In this document: piece by piece, positions 17,226 to 31,350 of the stretch
How positions within the stretch are numbered: position 1 is the stretch's first letter
How the letters are laid out: each line of letters opens with the position of its first letter
NCBI RefSeq assembly: GCF_009914755.1
Contig: NC_060947.1
DNA length: 64,000 bases
Reading direction: 5' to 3' (one strand)
DNA from: the human T2T-CHM13v2.0 reference genome, Homo sapiens
Notes under the pieces: generated by a model
Database searches by the model: none
Told to the model about the DNA's origin: nothing
Seen by the model: the letters and a program-made list of their open reading frames with translations, nothing else
Made by a program: the position numbers and the translations under genes

Positions 17226-18639
17226 ATAATATACGTTGTCCTTATCCAATAACGTGGAGTTTTTTGGTTTTTAAAGCAACACAGAGATTCATTAGCACCT
17301 CATTAGTTCTTGAAGGGAAGGAGCTCTGAATGCAATACTATCTGTCTTCCATTAAAAATGGAAGACATCATTCCCATAAGTTGGGAAAATTTGAGATTTA
17401 ATAAGAATAACAACTACAGTGAATTGAGACACATCAAATATTTAAAAACTGATGATTTTATAAACATACTAATCAAGGAAACATTGTTAGTTTACAGCAT
17501 TGCAGCATACTAGGATCCCGACTCATTATTCTGCAAAGAGACAAATAAAGGGAAGGAAGCATACATTTGGCCTGCCTTTTTTCGTACCAACTGTACGTAT
17601 TTTAGGATAATCACATTGGAAATACATAAATATTATTTTTGAAGTATAGTTTCAGCTAATAAATGCAGGAAAGAATATCACCCTTTTGCAGCCCATAATA
17701 AAATGGTACGAAATGATCACCAAGCCTTTGGCTCAAAGGTTGGTGGAGATGCTTGAGTATGGAAGGATTAGGGTGAAACCTCCTGAACCACTGCTAAATC
17801 TTGGTGTCACTAAAGTGTAACAACCAGAAATCAGGAATTACGTGAGTTCTTGTACCTAGGAAGTATTTTTGCCTAATTTTAAAAAAAGACAAATATCCTC
17901 TAAATCATGCATGCCTGTTTTCATTAGCTACTTTACCTGACTTTTTCATGAGGAATTAAAAAAGTTATTCTTCTGTACTTTTAGGACTCAAATTGATAAA
18001 AGAAAAAAGTTTTTAATTTTTTAAATACTTCGTTCCCTTTGTCGACATGTAGAATGTGAGATATGAGATCACACTGAGGAAAAGAGAAGCCAGCTTCATG
18101 TGGCTTTCTGAAAATATGATATTATTATGTGAATAATAATTATTATTTAGTGAAAAGGTAAACAAAAATGCTTTGTTTATATGCTATTAGTGCAACCAAA
18201 TATTTGTGTCAGAAATGATTAATAATTGGAAACTGACAGAATAACTGGCATATGAACTCTTAGGTCTATTATCTAGCCCTAACTCTCCTTGATTTTTATT
18301 GAATAATACAACAATGCTTAAATAATCACAAAAATGAATAGGAAACAGGGGTCATTGACAATTTGTAGGTCAACCAAACAAATGTCTTAGCTGTAGAACA
18401 TTTTACAATCCAATAGAGAACAAACTTTATCTTAGATTAGTGAATGCCAAAGTGACTATTCTTTCATCAGGGCCAAGGTGGCACTAACACTTTATTAGCC
18501 CATATGGATGGGTCTCAAAAGCAGTAATATAGAAACTTTGCAGCTTAGCTGTATAAGAATAATGCTTATAAATAAAATACCATAACGTGTAAAAGTAAAA
18601 ATGTCTCTCTTCTTTTTAAATATACTTCAGTCTATTCAA

Positions 18640-19732
18640 GACAAAGAAGTAGCCAAGAAACATAAGAAAAAAATGCTCAACATCACTGATCATCAGAGAA
18701 ATGTAAATCAAAACCACCATAAGACACCACCTCACATTATCCAGAATAGCTATTATTAAAAAGTCAAAAAAGATTGGCTGGGCGCGGTGGCTCATGCCTG
18801 TAATCCCAGCACTTTGGGAGGCCGAGGTGGGTGGATCATGAGGTCAGGAGTTCAAGACCAGCCTGACCAATATGGTGAAACCCCGTCTCTACTAAAAATA
18901 CAAACATTAGCCGGGCATGGTGGCGTGCGGTTATAGTCCCAGCTACTTAGGAGGCTGAGGTGGGAGAATTGCTTGAACCTGGGGGGGCAGAGGTTGTAGT
19001 GAGCTGAGATCCCACCACTGCACTCCAGCCTGGGCAACAGAGCGAGACTCCTTCTCAAAAAAAAAAAAAAGTCAAAAAAGAACAGATGCTGGTGAGGCTG
19101 TGGGGAAAAGAGAACACTTACACACTGTTGGTGGGAGTGTAAATTATTTCAGGCATTGTGGGAGCAGCTTGGAGATTTCTCCAAGAATTTAAAACAGAAC
19201 TATCATTCAACCCAGAAATCCCACTACTGGGTATATACCGAGAGGAAAATAAATCATTCTACCAAAAATACACATGCTCTCATATGTTCATCACAGCACT
19301 GTTCACTGTTGATATGCCCATTAATGGTGGATTTGACAAAGAAATTGTGGTACATATACACTGTGGAATACTATGGAGCCATAAAAAAGAATGAAATCAT
19401 TTCTTTACAGCAGCTTGGGTGCAGCTAGAGGCCATCATCCTAAGTGAATTCACACAGGAACAGAAAACCAAATGCCACATATACTAACTTATAAGGGGAA
19501 GCAAAACGTTGTGTATTTATAAACATAAAGATGGGAACAGTAGGCACTGGGGATTACTAGAGGAATAAGGGAAAGAGCGGGGCAAGAGCTGGAAAACTAC
19601 CTGTTGGGTACCATCCCCACTACCTGGGAGATGAGATCATTTGTACTAGAAACCCCAGAGTCATGCAATGTGCTCATGTAACAAACTTGCACATGTACCC
19701 CCGAATCTAAAATTCATACAAATAAATAAGTA
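18640..19732 (+). mobile_element. Older L1PA (about PA13-16) 3' fragment interrupted by an Alu
   Basis: aaatgctcaacatcactgatcatcagagaaatg...ggaatactatggagccataaaaaagaatga...cacatgtacccccgaatctaaaat. Confidence 0.88.
18776..19070 (+). mobile_element. AluSg-like nested in L1
   Basis: ggatcatgaggtcaggagttc; near-TSD aaaaagtcaaaaaaga on both sides. Confidence 0.95.
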
Positions 19733-19829
19733 AACTTCGATATATTCAGAAGAAACACAGATACCTGCTTATAATTTAAAATAGAAATTTTGAGAAAAGA
19801 AAAAACGGAGATAGTTTTATCAGTTCTTA

Positions 19830-20050
19830 ACAGTGTAGTCATAAGAGTCAGTCATACCTGGGTTTGAATCCTGGCTCTCCGGCTTACTAACAAGTTACCT
19901 TACATCTCTAAACCTGTTTCGCTATCTATAATATGAGTCTAATAATAGCACCAACCCTTAGACAGGTGTCAGAATAGATGAGAAAATTTATGTAAACAGC
20001 TTAGCATAGCGCCTAACAGATTGTGATACTTAATAAATAGTAACTATCAT
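19830..20050 (+). mobile_element. MIR
   Basis: cctgggtttgaatcctggctctcc...ttacatctctaaacctgtttc...cttagcatagcgcct. Confidence 0.75.
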
Positions 20051-20743
20051 GATTAGTATCTGTCATCATAATGAATTCCAGATGAATTAAAAATTTAGAT
20101 CTGAAATGTTAAAATATACCAAAATCCAGAAGGAAATATATGATTTTCAATTGCTGATCTATAAATAGAAGAGAACATTATAAATGATGAAAGACATTAT
20201 AAAAAAAGAACATAAAACAATGACTAACTGGAAATATAATTGCCATGAAAAGTAACACATTTAATATCCTTAGTGTATAATAAAATTTTACAATTAAGTA
20301 GGAAAATGTAAATCAAAATAGGAATAAAAGGGCATGAATTTAAAAATTTTATGACACGCATACATCCACAAAGGAAAAGACAAAAGAAATGCAAAAGGCT
20401 GCATGGCGTTCAGAAAAGGATTAGTATAAAGAAGAAAAAAGAAGTAACGTTATCTGCAATCTTACCTCTTATTAATAATCACTGTTTAAACTTGGTAGAG
20501 TCTCTTTCAGACATATCCACATGCATGTGTAAATACATACATACACGGGCACACACACACTTTGCATCCTATCTGCATTTTGCTTCATGTTTTTCCATTA
20601 TTCCATGGTAATTTTTTCATGCCTAAGAACAGTCTTTAAAGTGTTTTATTTGGCTCTGTAGAGTATTAGTATGTCAATCAGGTCTCTAGTTGAAGGTTCC
20701 TGAAACTCAACTTGAACTAGATTGTATATATATAAAATCTAAT

Positions 20744-20746
20744 ACG

Positions 20747-20826
<80 letters not shown>
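20744..20826. repeat. Compound microsatellite (CG)n(CA)n(GA)n within an old MLT1-like LTR
   Basis: Directly visible. Confidence 0.95.
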
Positions 20827-20828
<2 letters not shown>

Positions 20829-22395
20829 CTTGTTTCACGTAACCAAAGCAGAGGAAAGACTTGATGGAATTACAGAAATGAGGTATTTTTACACCATTAA
20901 TAATCACTTTGATTTGGCTTAGCTTTTTATGCCAGCTTTACATTTTTAGGCAAGTTTTCTCTGGTATGTCAGGGAACATTGACACAAATAACTCCAAGCT
21001 AGTATCTCCATGTCTCCAAATTCAGAGAAAAGATGAACAGGTCTGCCCTTCTAACTCTAATTAGGGGAACTCCAGGGAAGACCTCTGTTGGATATTTGGG
21101 TCATCTGCTTATTCCTGGAGCAGTTATGTGGCCAGGGGCATAGGATAAGTAGCCTAGACTCTTATCAATCCAGAGATGAGTTAGGAGAGGCTGTTATGAG
21201 AAGAGGATGGACAGGTGCTGAGCAGCCGAAAACAATGATTGCCACGATATGAATGTCCCACAATTTATTCAGTGTTTTGTACGTTAATGGATACTTAAGT
21301 TTCTCTACCATTTGATCTTATAATTAATGTTATGATAATTGTCGTCATGCATGCGGCTTTGTTGAAATTTTTATTGGTTTTCTCTTGTAGGATAATTTAC
21401 TAGAATTGAAATTATTTTATGCAATCCCATGTAGCTATGAATACATAGAGTCACATCTTTCATGTACTTAACCTGTATAAATTCAATTATGTTGAATCAG
21501 AAATACAGGGTAGAGAAATTAAGAAAACAGTAGTGGAGATAGAGTGAGTGAGAGGACCAGTGAGAAGAATAAAAACTAGTTGAATAGCTCAGCCGTACTT
21601 ACCTCAGAATCAATGACCTTATGCTTAGAGGGAGCAGCATGAACTAGGAGTCTCTAGTCCTATGTTATGTCAGTTTTTCTCAATGTTGGCCTGCTTCTTG
21701 TAGAGTGAGATTGTGCCTAGCTGAGTTTCATTCTAGTGGTAAGAGTTAGATTTTCTTTTTTTGTATGCCATGGACTCCAAACACATGGCAACCCTTAATC
21801 TAGTATTCCTCCAAAGAAAACAGCAATCTGTTCAACACCAGAGGAAAATCTGACGGGCTTGTACTTACCAAGTCATTATATTATATTTTGTGTGTATGTG
21901 TGTGTGTATGATTTAGTGATATCTCAAGGATAATTTTGAGTATGCCCTATTTTCATATTTCATACCAATTCTAAAGCCTACCCCACAGGAACTTGAAACT
22001 CTGCTCAATTGCTAAATTACCATTACCAAATAATTTATGTCAATTTAAACTCCTACCATAGGATATGTACAGGCACATTTCACCTCATCCTTGCCTGTTC
22101 TGGGTTAAAGCACTTTAGAGTTAATGGGAAGAAAGAAAAATAATTATTTAATATAAATAACAAATACAGAGGTGGTCAGCCACATTTCATTTTAATGAAA
22201 TGGGGCCACGAGAATTCCAGTAAATCACAATTCTACTTCTATAAATAAATGGAAAAGAAAATAGCTAATCTTGTCGCACCTGGAAGCCTCAAACCTAAGA
22301 TAACAACAAAGCTGATTATTTTTATAGTGATCAGATCTTAAGAAATACACCAGCATCTTATGATGCTATGCTAGAATTATTTTAAAAAACATACA

Positions 22396-22502
22396 GCCGG
22401 ATGCAGTGGCTCACGCCTGTAATCCTGGCACTTTGGGAGGCTGAGGTGGGCAGATCACCTGAGGTCAGGAGTTTGAGACCAGCCTGGCCAATATGGTGAA
22501 AC
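22396..22502 (+). mobile_element. AluS left-arm fragment, 3'-truncated at ggtgaaac
   Basis: gccggatgcagtggctcacgcctgtaatc...ccaatatggtgaaac, then abrupt switch to non-Alu sequence. Confidence 0.92.
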
Positions 22503-22826
22503 ACGTAAAAATACAGCAAGGGATTTATTCTACAACATTAAGATTTTCAATTTAACAGACATATTCTATGTGTACATATTTGCATGATACTAGCACTGAG
22601 CAATACTCTTCTGTTAATTCAAGTTACTCTGAATTTAAATCCCCAGACTTCCAGAATATTAAGTCTGCTTATGATCAGTGATCATTTATTAACTTTTTTG
22701 CATTGTATTTTAGATAATTTCACAGTTGTAAAGAATTTCATAGGTTATTGCATAAAATTCATGCTTTTGAATATAAACACACATGCACGCAAACACACAC
22801 ACACACACACATATCCCCCATGCTCA
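22500..22826. repeat. Inverted duplicate (copy) of 25677-26018
   Basis: Reverse-complement alignment by eye; both copies give ORFs starting MILALSNTLLLIQ on opposite strands. Confidence 0.96.
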
Positions 22827-23283
22827 CGTATGTTTATTGAGACACTTTTCACAATAGCAAAGACTCGGAACCAACCCAAATGTCCATCAATGATAGACTG
22901 GATTAAGAAAATGTGGCACATATACAGCATGGAATACTATGCAGCCATAAAAAAGGATGAGTTCATGTCCTTTGTAGGGACATGGATGAAGTTGGAAACC
23001 ATCATTCTCAGCAAACTATCACAAGGACAAAAAACCGAACACCACATGTTCTCACTCATAGGTGGGAATTGAACAATGACAACACTTGGACACAGGAAGG
23101 GGAACATCACACACTGGGGCCTGTTGTGGGGTGGGGGTGGGGGGTAGGGAAAGCATTAGGAGATATACCTAATGTAAATGATGAGTTAATGGGTGCAGCA
23201 CACCAACATGGCACATGTATACATATGTAAGAAACCTGCACGTTGTGCACATGTACCTTGGAACTTAAAGTATAAAAAAAAAA
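22821..23283 (+). mobile_element. 5'-truncated L1PA (about PA3-6) with short polyA
   Basis: cacgtatgtttattg...gcattaggagatatacctaatgtaaatg...ggaacttaaagtataaaaaaa. Confidence 0.94.
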
Positions 23284-23357
23284 TTCTTAGGTTGTGTGCC
23301 TTGCAAAAAAGTCAGTGGGCTAGATTTGGCTCATGGGCTATTGTTTGCTTACCCCTG
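23284..23357 (+). mobile_element. MER58B-like terminal fragment
   Basis: attcttagg...gggctagatttggctcatgggctattgtttgcttacccctg resembles the MER58 end. Confidence 0.7.
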
Positions 23358-24364
23358 CCCTAAGTCATAGTTTCCAATGATTTTAAAATTATAAAAATTA
23401 TAATCATATAAATTATGTTGGATTGATCATATACTGATAATTTAATGATCTTTATGAAAAAATTTAAGGTAATTTGATACAATTCTTTAAGTTACAGAAG
23501 AAAATGATATCATGAGCGAAATGAAAAAAATGGGATAAAATAGCTAATGGTGACAATACTTTTTTGGTATACTATCTGGTATTTATCTTTATTTAATCTT
23601 TGGATAATATGTACATTCCTAAGATGAAAATGAGAATGTAATTTGACCATTTGAAAATATATATTCTTACACTGACTTAAAAAGATAAAGTATTGATAAT
23701 TTCACATCATCTCTGTCTTTGCATTAAAAAGTATCATGGAACAATAGCCACACTTTTTGGAAATTCAAGATTCCATAAAATATAGTTTGAAAAACACATG
23801 GACGTGTTTATTAATTTCTCCTTTCAATATTCTTTCTGGGCATACTGGAGGAAAATTGACATGAAGAATCTTTAAATTTGTTATGAAAAGTAGAAGGTGG
23901 CATGTAGGCAAAACTTTCCCCTCTGAGAGTGTTTCTGCATTATTTCTTTGCATGGGAAGATCTCACCACCAAAGTGTAGCATGTCTGTACCCAATAGGAA
24001 AATGCATACCCTGATATTCATTTTAATGAAAAATTTCAATGACGTATAATCCTTTGTCATTCTTTCCCAAATTGACCCTCTGATGGGGTAAGAAAAAAAT
24101 GAATTCTACCTTTTTCATAGATAGTAACCATAGAAAGCTCTGGTTTCTAGAGAGATTCAATCCTTTAAAAAGGAACATAAAGAGAAAAGGGATTTGGAGA
24201 GAAATTAATTCTAAGACTCTAGACCTGCATGTCTGTGTAACCCAAATTCTAGCAATATCTAGAAAATAGAAATCAAATCAACTAGGAACTGGTAATACAA
24301 TTGCTAAGACTTCCTTTATCTTAGGTCCAGCAGATTCAAATGACACACTCTTTAAAAAAAAAAA

Positions 24365-25247
24365 TTATTATTTTTAGTTTTTGTGGGTACCTGGCAGGTG
24401 TATATATTTTGGGGATATATGAGATGTTCTGATACAGACATGCAATGTGAAATAATCAAATCATGGAGAATAGGGTATCCGTCCCCTCAAGCATTTATTT
24501 TTTGTGTTAAAAATAATCCAATTACACTCTTTTAGTTGTTTTAAAATGTACAATTAAGTTATTATTGAGTATAGCCACCCTGTTGTGCTATCACATAGTG
24601 GTCTTATTCATTCTTTCTATTTTTTTGTACCCATTAACCATCCTCCTCTCCTCCCGCATCCCCCATTACCCTTCCCAGCCTCTGGTAACCATCCTTCTAC
24701 TCTCCATGTCCATGAGTTCAATTGTTTTGATTTCTAGATCCCACAAATAAGTGAGAACATTCAATGTTTGTCTTTCTGTGCCTGGCTTATTTCACTCAAC
24801 ATAATGACCTTCAGTTCCATCCATGTTGTTGCAAATGACAAGATCTCTTTTTTTTTATGGCTGAATAGTAGTTCATTGTGTATATATACCACATTTTCTT
24901 TATCCATTCATCTGTTGATGGACGCTTCAGTTGCTTTCAAATCTTAGCTATTGTGACCAGTACTGCAACAAACATAGGAATGTAGATATCCCTTTGATAT
25001 ACTGATTTCCTTTCTTTTGGGTATATACCCAGCAGTGGGATTGCTGGATCATATGGTATCTCTATTTTTAGTTTTTTTAGGAACCTCCAAACTATTCTCC
25101 TTAGTGGTTGTACTAATTTACATTTCCAACAGTGTATAAAGGGTCCCCTTTTCTCCACATCCTTGCCAGCATTTGTTATTACCTATCTTTTGGATATAAG
25201 CCATTTTAACTGAGGTTAGATGATACCTCATTGTAGTTTTGATTTCA
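24365..25247 (-). mobile_element. L1MA2/3-like 3' fragment
   Basis: ttttgtgggtac...gcaatgtgaaataatc...cccagcagtgggattgctggatcatatgg...ttgtagttttgattt. Confidence 0.9.
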
Positions 25248-25676
25248 GGTGACACATGCTTGACTTTAGTATGAAAGTGTCATTGACATTGGCTGTCTAG
25301 TCAGTGTCTAATAGCCTTTTCTCTATCTTTGTCATAAAATCTATCATCATCTGTGGTCTACTTTGACTCTTTTTTTTAATGACCCCTGAGATAGTTGATA
25401 TGGAAAATACATAAATAGTTGAATAATTGTATGAACTTTTCAGTGTCTTCTCAGGTGACCTACCAGAGGAGAAGTAGGGTATAGAATGACAACTTTTTAA
25501 TTAGGGATTTTTTTTCCCTTAAGAAACAGCTATGGAATAATGGAAGGAACCTAGGTTTTAGATTTTACATATACACACACAAACATACACACATGTGTGT
25601 GTATGTGCATGTGCGTGTGTGTCTGTGTATTTATATATATATTTGAAATCCATTTATTCCACCTCTCAATCTTATC

Positions 25677-25688
25677 TGAGCCTGGGGG

Positions 25689-25722
<34 letters not shown>

Positions 25723-26018
25723 ATGCACATGTGTGTTCATATTCAAAAGCTAAGCATGAATTTTATGCAATAACCTGTGAAATTCTTTACAACTCTGAAA
25801 TTATCTAAAATACAATGCAAAAAAGTTAAGTGATCACTGATCATAAGCAGACTGTTGCTATTCTGGAAGTCTGGGGATTTAAATTCAGAGTAACCTTGAA
25901 TTAACAGAAGAGTATTACTCAGTGCTAGTATCATGCAAATATGTACACATAGAATATGTCTGTTAAATTGAAAATCTTAATGTTGTGGAATAAATCCCTT
26001 GCTGTATTTTTACGTGTT
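25677..26018. repeat. Source copy of the inverted duplicate, includes (TG)n
   Basis: Reverse complement of 22500-22826. Confidence 0.96.
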
Positions 26019-26653
26019 GTATTTATAAAGATATAATGGGCTCTAATTTTTAGAGAGTCCTGAGAAGTCCATGAATATTAAACACATCGTGTGGATTTTT
26101 ATTTATCATCATCTCTGATTTTATGTTCGTGAAATTATAACTCAGTTTCGTTGGAGTTCTAACTACAGGCCTAGTTCAACAAAATTCTGATTTCCATCAT
26201 CTTGACTACATTGATTTTGTGCACTTTGATCTTTACTTTGTATTATATAAAAGTCAATATGTTGATCTATAAACACATCTGCTGCTTGGATAGTAGTTAT
26301 TTTAGAATTGGCTCTCTTTCCAAGCACAGTTATGACACTGAGAATTGGTACTGTATGCTCCAGTCAGCACTTCCCAGTCACAAACCTTATGAAGAATTTA
26401 AAGAACTATGTGGAGGAAATACTCTTTGTTCTAATTCAACATTAGTGTATAGATTGTGTTTGTGAAAAACTGTATGAGAAACTGGTCTTTTTAAAAATGT
26501 TTTTCCTTCAGTTCTGGAGTGTCAATATCAATTTTATTCTGTGATTAGAAATCGCATGACTACAGCCTGTGTGTCAAATCATTAATTCATTGAAATTCCT
26601 AATCAATGTAATATTGCTTTTAGGATAAAGTTTTAGTAACTTACTGAGTGGGC

Positions 26654-26679
26654 TCTCTCTGTCTCTCTCTCTCTCTGTT

Positions 26680-26762
<83 letters not shown>

Positions 26763-26790
26763 TATATATATACAGACATTATATATATAA

Positions 26791-26827
<37 letters not shown>
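26654..26827. repeat. Compound microsatellite (TC)n/(TA)n/(CA)n/(TG)n/(TA)n
   Basis: Directly visible. Confidence 0.95.
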
Positions 26828-26831
<4 letters not shown>

Positions 26832-29725
26832 GTCTAACTATAAGAGCTATACTTTTTAGTGTAAAAAGGTTGTATATTCGTGCATTGGATGGATACCTAA
26901 AGCTGAGAGGTTAGCCCTACAAAGTATTAAAAAACAACTCAAGAAGTAAGAAATCAAGAAATGATCAAGAGTTCCATAGCTAGTTAAAACAAATCAGCAG
27001 TCTCAAATGAGTTCGAGTGTGAAGTGAAATACCACAAAGATGAATTATTTTAGACCTGATGTGAAAAGAAATGATGGTGTAAGAATATGAGTTACAGCTT
27101 ACACCTATATGTGTGTGTGTTTGTGTGTATGTGTGTGTGTGTGTATGAGTATATATATATGAGATTATATGGGAAAAAGCTAAAGAGTATATATGGAAAA
27201 AGTACTTTCCAGCTATACATGGGAAAAACAATACATGGGAAAAAGTTATAAGGAGTTTTAGTTTAGCATAAGTGTTCTAGTTATCTATTGATATATAACA
27301 TAGAACATAAAATGTCACTTTTGTTACATTTTACTGAAAAGGTAAGACAAAAGGGCAGCCAGTGTTCAAGAGGAAGGGAGGAATAGACCCCAACTCTCAA
27401 TGAAGGAATGACATGCACATATGGAAGGGATTGAATTGTTGAACCATATTGGAGACAGCTATCTAAGAAGTAAATATTATTTAATGATACTTTTGTATAT
27501 TGGATATCACTATCATGACAAGGACATATTGAAAATAGTTTACCTGGGTAATTTTACTCTCATCTACTTAATTAAAGTAATACATATAGATTTTGTCCAT
27601 TCATTTGATGACAGAGAGTATGACACAGTGAGTATGTCCTTTTGGGTTTCAAATTGATGAAGCAGGCAGACCTGTTATCATTCTGGGGACGCTTCCCAGT
27701 TTGGAGGTTCTGAGTGCAAGAGGGCATTAGGAAGACAGAGTTCCCTACTGCTGCTGCATCTGCTCATTGCAGTATGGGATTGGGTCTAAAATTCTATGAC
27801 TTTGAGGAATATTACCAGATTATATAATTTTAAACATTCCAAGAAGGAATTGTAGTGATCTTCTTGTCCAATTGTTTTATCAAAAAGATACGAATACTAA
27901 AGCCCAGAGAAGTTGACCTCACAAAGATCTTAATGTATGAGCTATATAGACTCTGAATCTAAGTCTTTTAACTGCTGAGTTACTACTCTTATTATTCCAT
28001 ATATTGACACTGCTTTCCAAAAGTCTGTGGTGTAATTATCAATCTGGCAATCCATGTAGGAGGACTGTTTTCACCAAACGGTGAATAAAACTTTGTTATT
28101 TCATTATATTTTCATGTTTTGGGATCTCTAACAGAGTGAAAATGTTTAGTCAACTTGAAAGAAGTATGGTAGTGAGTAATTTAAGTGCATATGGTGAGCT
28201 GGGGAGGATCTAGTTTTGATGGGCCCTGAAGCTTTTACAAGTTTGGCTCTACTCTGTAAGAAGAAAGGATGTAAAATTACAACTGCAAAATAAGTACATG
28301 GCTTTAAAAGAGGCCTGTGTAGTTTAAGAACCCTCAAGCTCAAGCTTCATCAGTCTCTGTGGTTGAGTTGATTAGTTTAATTGAAATACTAGAGTTTGGG
28401 AAGGACTTAAGAACAAGGTGTTATTTCTTCAAATCGTTGTCGCCTTTGAAAAGGGTAACCTTTTTTCTGGACTTAAAGTGCTATCCTTCCAACGTGTATA
28501 ATAGTTTTTAAATGCAATCTTGCTGACATGTGTCAACATATGCAAAGAAATTGAGAATACTTTCTAGCTCTTAGTGGTATGATACTGCCTTGCATAATGA
28601 TTTAGACATGCAGCTCTGCCTTTTGTATATCTCCAGCCACCAACATTTAGGTAGGAAGCAAGTACTATTGATCTTTGAAAACTAAAGAATTGTGAATGAT
28701 GCATTTGATTGGTATGTTAAAGCTATCCTTTGTATGCATATTTTTGTAAGTCGTTGAAATACAGATTATTTGACCTCAATTTCTCCATCTACAATATGAG
28801 GATCAATGAGGATATTATATCATGTCTGTTGAAAATGGTTGGATATAAGTGGAGGCCAGTGGAAGTATTCAGTGAAATGATGCATTTCCAAAATATTGTT
28901 TTCCAGCCAATGTCCAGTGTTAGTATTCCACACATGGAATGCATGATAGGTATAGAGAAAATAAGGGTAGTATTTTACATCACAGAGTATTTTGAGATAG
29001 GCAAGACCATTATTATGTTTGCCATTCTTGTGAAGAAAATCAGTTGCAGGATATTAACTTATTTACCTTAAGTAACATAGCTGGGAGTCAAGCCCAAGAC
29101 TTAGGACACAAAGGGCAGCAGGCTTTTTAATCATCCCACTCTGTCTCTTTGAGAGGCCAATAGAAGTTTCTACCATCTCCACTGTCATACCCCACCTGGA
29201 AACGATTGCATTCTCAAAGTCTTGTAATTTAGCTTTTCATTATGACTGCTTTTCTCTGTGTTACTTAATTAGAATCTGCAGCTTTTGGCAGGAAAATAGT
29301 CAACCAAGCAGATTTCTAATAAGCAATGTCTTTAGGGGAGAAAGTCGAAGTGAGCAAAGAGAAGAGAATGAATGCGTGATAGTAGCTGCTAGAATATATT
29401 AGTTGCAGACAAATTTCAGTGAGAGTGTCAGTCACCGTGAATTAAATTTTTAAGTGAAGTGGCCGGAAAAACAAGAATGGAATGGAGCAAAGCACATATA
29501 TCATAGTTCAGAAGATTTGGAATTCTCCCAAACTTGTCATCCTTTAATGGAGAACCTGTTAGGAACAAAGGCAGAGCCTGCATTAATAGAATGATCTTGG
29601 GAAATGCCTTCCAAGGACATCTTTTTAACATTCTTACTCAGACTTGATATTTTGAAAGGTTTTTCTGTTAGATAAATAAACTTTTAAAAACAGTAATTAA
29701 TATGTATCTTATTTAAAAATAGTCA

Positions 29726-29942
<217 letters not shown>

Positions 29943-31019
29943 GAAAATTGCTAGAGACAATCTAGTCTAGCTTTTGGAAACAACTTTTACAGAAAATAAA
30001 TGTTAAATACTGGGTGAAAAAACAGTGGTTTCACTGTTACTGACAACTATGGATTAAGAGCGCTTTCTACCCCTTTCTCTCGAAACATTTCATTGTTGGT
30101 AGATGAAAAAGAGAGGGATGGTAGAGTCTGTTGAGAAATGCTCTCAACAGAGAAAGTGAGTTCTTCCTACTGGGATGATAACATTAATATGGTTCTTTAT
30201 CATGTTGCACCTTAGAACATTTCAGATTCCTATTTTGTCTAGTAAATAGTTGATCACATGGTTCTCTGCATGATGTTGATGAGAAACTTTAAAAAAAATC
30301 TATTCTCCTTAAAGCCCATAGTTTTCTCAAAATTAGCTTTTCTGCTGGGGTGATTGCAATAAACTACTACTGGAGTTTAAAATTGTGCCTATTTTTCCAG
30401 GAACAAGCTTAAATCCTGTTAAACTAGTGTCAAGCCCATAGTTTGCATTGAAGTTAACATGGAGGGAGTGGCAGACTAGCTTTCCGCCAGGAAATGTGAG
30501 GGTATTTAGACCCCATCATGCTGTAAAACATTTTTCTTAAGGTGTAAACATTGGATATATTACCCAGGAAGTTAAAACATATGCAGCTAAAGGGAACTGG
30601 ATTTTCTCAGTCTGTCAAATTATGTGTGTCTGCTTCTTAATCATTATCATGAAACTGTTCTATGGGACTACTTGAACCAAGTTAGCTTTCAATTAGCATG
30701 ACGTTATATTGGCAGGTCTAAACTGTTAGACAAAATATGATTCTGGCATGGACAGTACATACATGAACAATTTATTGGTACATTTCCATGGTCCAGCACT
30801 ATGACAACTTATTAAACCCTTAAAACTCTAAAACTTGCCCTTCTATTTTGTGTTATACTCACTTGTGGAAAAGAACTCCAACCTGAATTAAATTCAACTA
30901 TCTACCTGCTCCTCACCTTCACCCAAGTTGTTCAGCATTAATTAAATAAATCATATTACCTTTCTGACTTAGTCTTTGTGATCACATATCTCCAATGAAC
31001 CTGAAATGGTGTCAAATAA

Positions 31020-31350
<331 letters not shown>

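Noticed and set aside
22584-23072. 162-aa ORF and its 63-aa twin at 25743-25934
   Set aside because: By-product of the inverted duplicate fused to the L1 ORF2 end; the copies are frameshifted relative to each other.
30127-30151. 10-bp hairpin (and a 9-bp hairpin at 45417-45438)
   Set aside because: Isolated short stems are expected by chance in 64 kb of AT-rich DNA.
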